Positions 62,869-64,000 of a DNA stretch of 64,000 nucleotides are shown here, piece by piece; positions within the stretch are counted from its first letter, which is position 1; each line of letters starts with the position of its first letter. A model generated the notes under the pieces. It did not search any database, was not told the origin of the DNA, and saw only the letters and a list, made by a program, of their open reading frames with translations. The DNA lies in the NCBI GenBank assembly GCA_051362555.1, contig CM120643.1, forward strand, positions 18,480,848-18,544,847, read 5' to 3'. A program made the position numbers and the translations under genes. The DNA is from Lingula anatina (taxonomy: Eukaryota; Animalia; Brachiopoda).

Positions 62869-64000
62869 CTGACGAAGAAAAGAAAGGGACACATTAAAGT
62901 CGTGTGACGAACTAATATCAGTCTCGCGTCTCTGTCGTGAGTTGACTACATTATAACTTAAGTAACAATAAAAACACTCATCGGTCGTCCCATCGCGGTG
63001 TGCGGGACGTCACCCATGTGTGAGTGCATTGTTTTAGGGAACGGGCCATGAATATGAATTATATATCTATAGGAGAGGAACGGGAAGACGAAAAGATTTG
63101 GACACTAAGTTTCTATACCGGTCTGCATTGTTCATGTATTGCCACAAAAATTCTTCCACCCATGTCTGTAGGACCTGTGTTTTGCCATTAATGCCAGGAA
63201 TGTGTTTTGTGTATAAAATGAAGAGATTTATAGGAAAGGGGAACTGGACAGATGGCGTCGTGGCCATACATGTATCATTTCTTCTTTTTTTCACGATGGA
63301 TTTTATATATATGAACAAAAGCTTCTTGAAGATAATATAGGGCGATACGCGCTTGTTGGTACCATCGACTAGCAGAAACTCATGTTTAGTTTCTTATGTT
63401 TACTGTTGCCTTACTTTATAAATTGCCCCCAATTATATCTTTATCCTTACTTCACTGATTAGTTTTATTGCAATAGTATATAAACATATATAAGGGCGTT
63501 CAGTCTAAGTCTTTTAGTGATTGGTTAGTTTTAACAATTATCAAGTATAATTGTAATACAAGAACGACATCGATTTTTAGTATGTGCGTATTGCAGTTGT
63601 TTTAATGTTATTTATTTCAACAATAAAGCGTCTTTCCAAACTCAATACACGACTTATATCAGTGTGATTAAACAGTTCCTCAAAAATACTCATAAGAACA
63701 CAAAAAAAAAAAAAAAATAAAATAAAAATAAATAACACTATTTTCATTGTCCGCAATTTCCTCGACCAATTACTGGTAATGGTATAAAGTTCCTAAATTG
63801 TCCGTCAACGTCTATATAGCTGATTTTGGAGTTTATATCACAAGCGACATTTTAATTCCATTTAGATGATACACTGGTTACATTTAACTGCGCCATTTGA
63901 TATAAATACCCTGTTTGCGTGACACGTTAAGTTTTGGTACTATGTTCACTCATTTGTCATCTAGTGACCAGTATGCACCATTCGGCAAACTTCGTGAGAT

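Noticed and set aside
63067-63318. LQTWVEEFLWQY resembling the Merlin/IS1595 EF.WR motif
   Set aside because: A single short motif with no other supporting blocks or TIRs.

Overview
AT-rich, intron-containing animal genomic DNA; the repeat types suggest a marine invertebrate, probably a mollusc or other lophotrochozoan (inference). Two spliced genes can be rebuilt by hand with phase-consistent GT-AG junctions, arranged tail to tail. (1) A + strand 3-exon Ly6/uPAR (quiver/sleepless-like) three-finger protein of about 135 aa with a GPI-type tail (12496-12544, 36845-37003, 37519-37718). (2) A - strand gene with 11 coding exons for a peritrophin/mucin-like protein of about 884 aa: signal peptide, eight chitin-binding type-2 domains, Thr/Pro-rich linkers and a GPI-type tail (51095 to 40468). 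The rest is transposon-rich: four Helentron/DINE-1-like (HINE) elements carrying a ~161-bp satellite, a 1.5-kb foldback, a Harbinger-like MITE, and decayed relics of Crypton, ISL2EU/Harbinger, Tc1, P-like and CR1/L2 elements, plus a possible GPCR pseudogene. The most unusual object is a 2.2-kb Tc1/mariner-type element (32134-34349) with 25-bp TIRs and TA target duplication. It carries an in-frame, DDE-deleted transposase and a divergent BEN-domain ORF, separated by a spacer with six copies of TGACACG. Most ORFs in the supplied track are microsatellite or antisense artefacts. All homology calls are by-eye motif recognition; no database searches were run.
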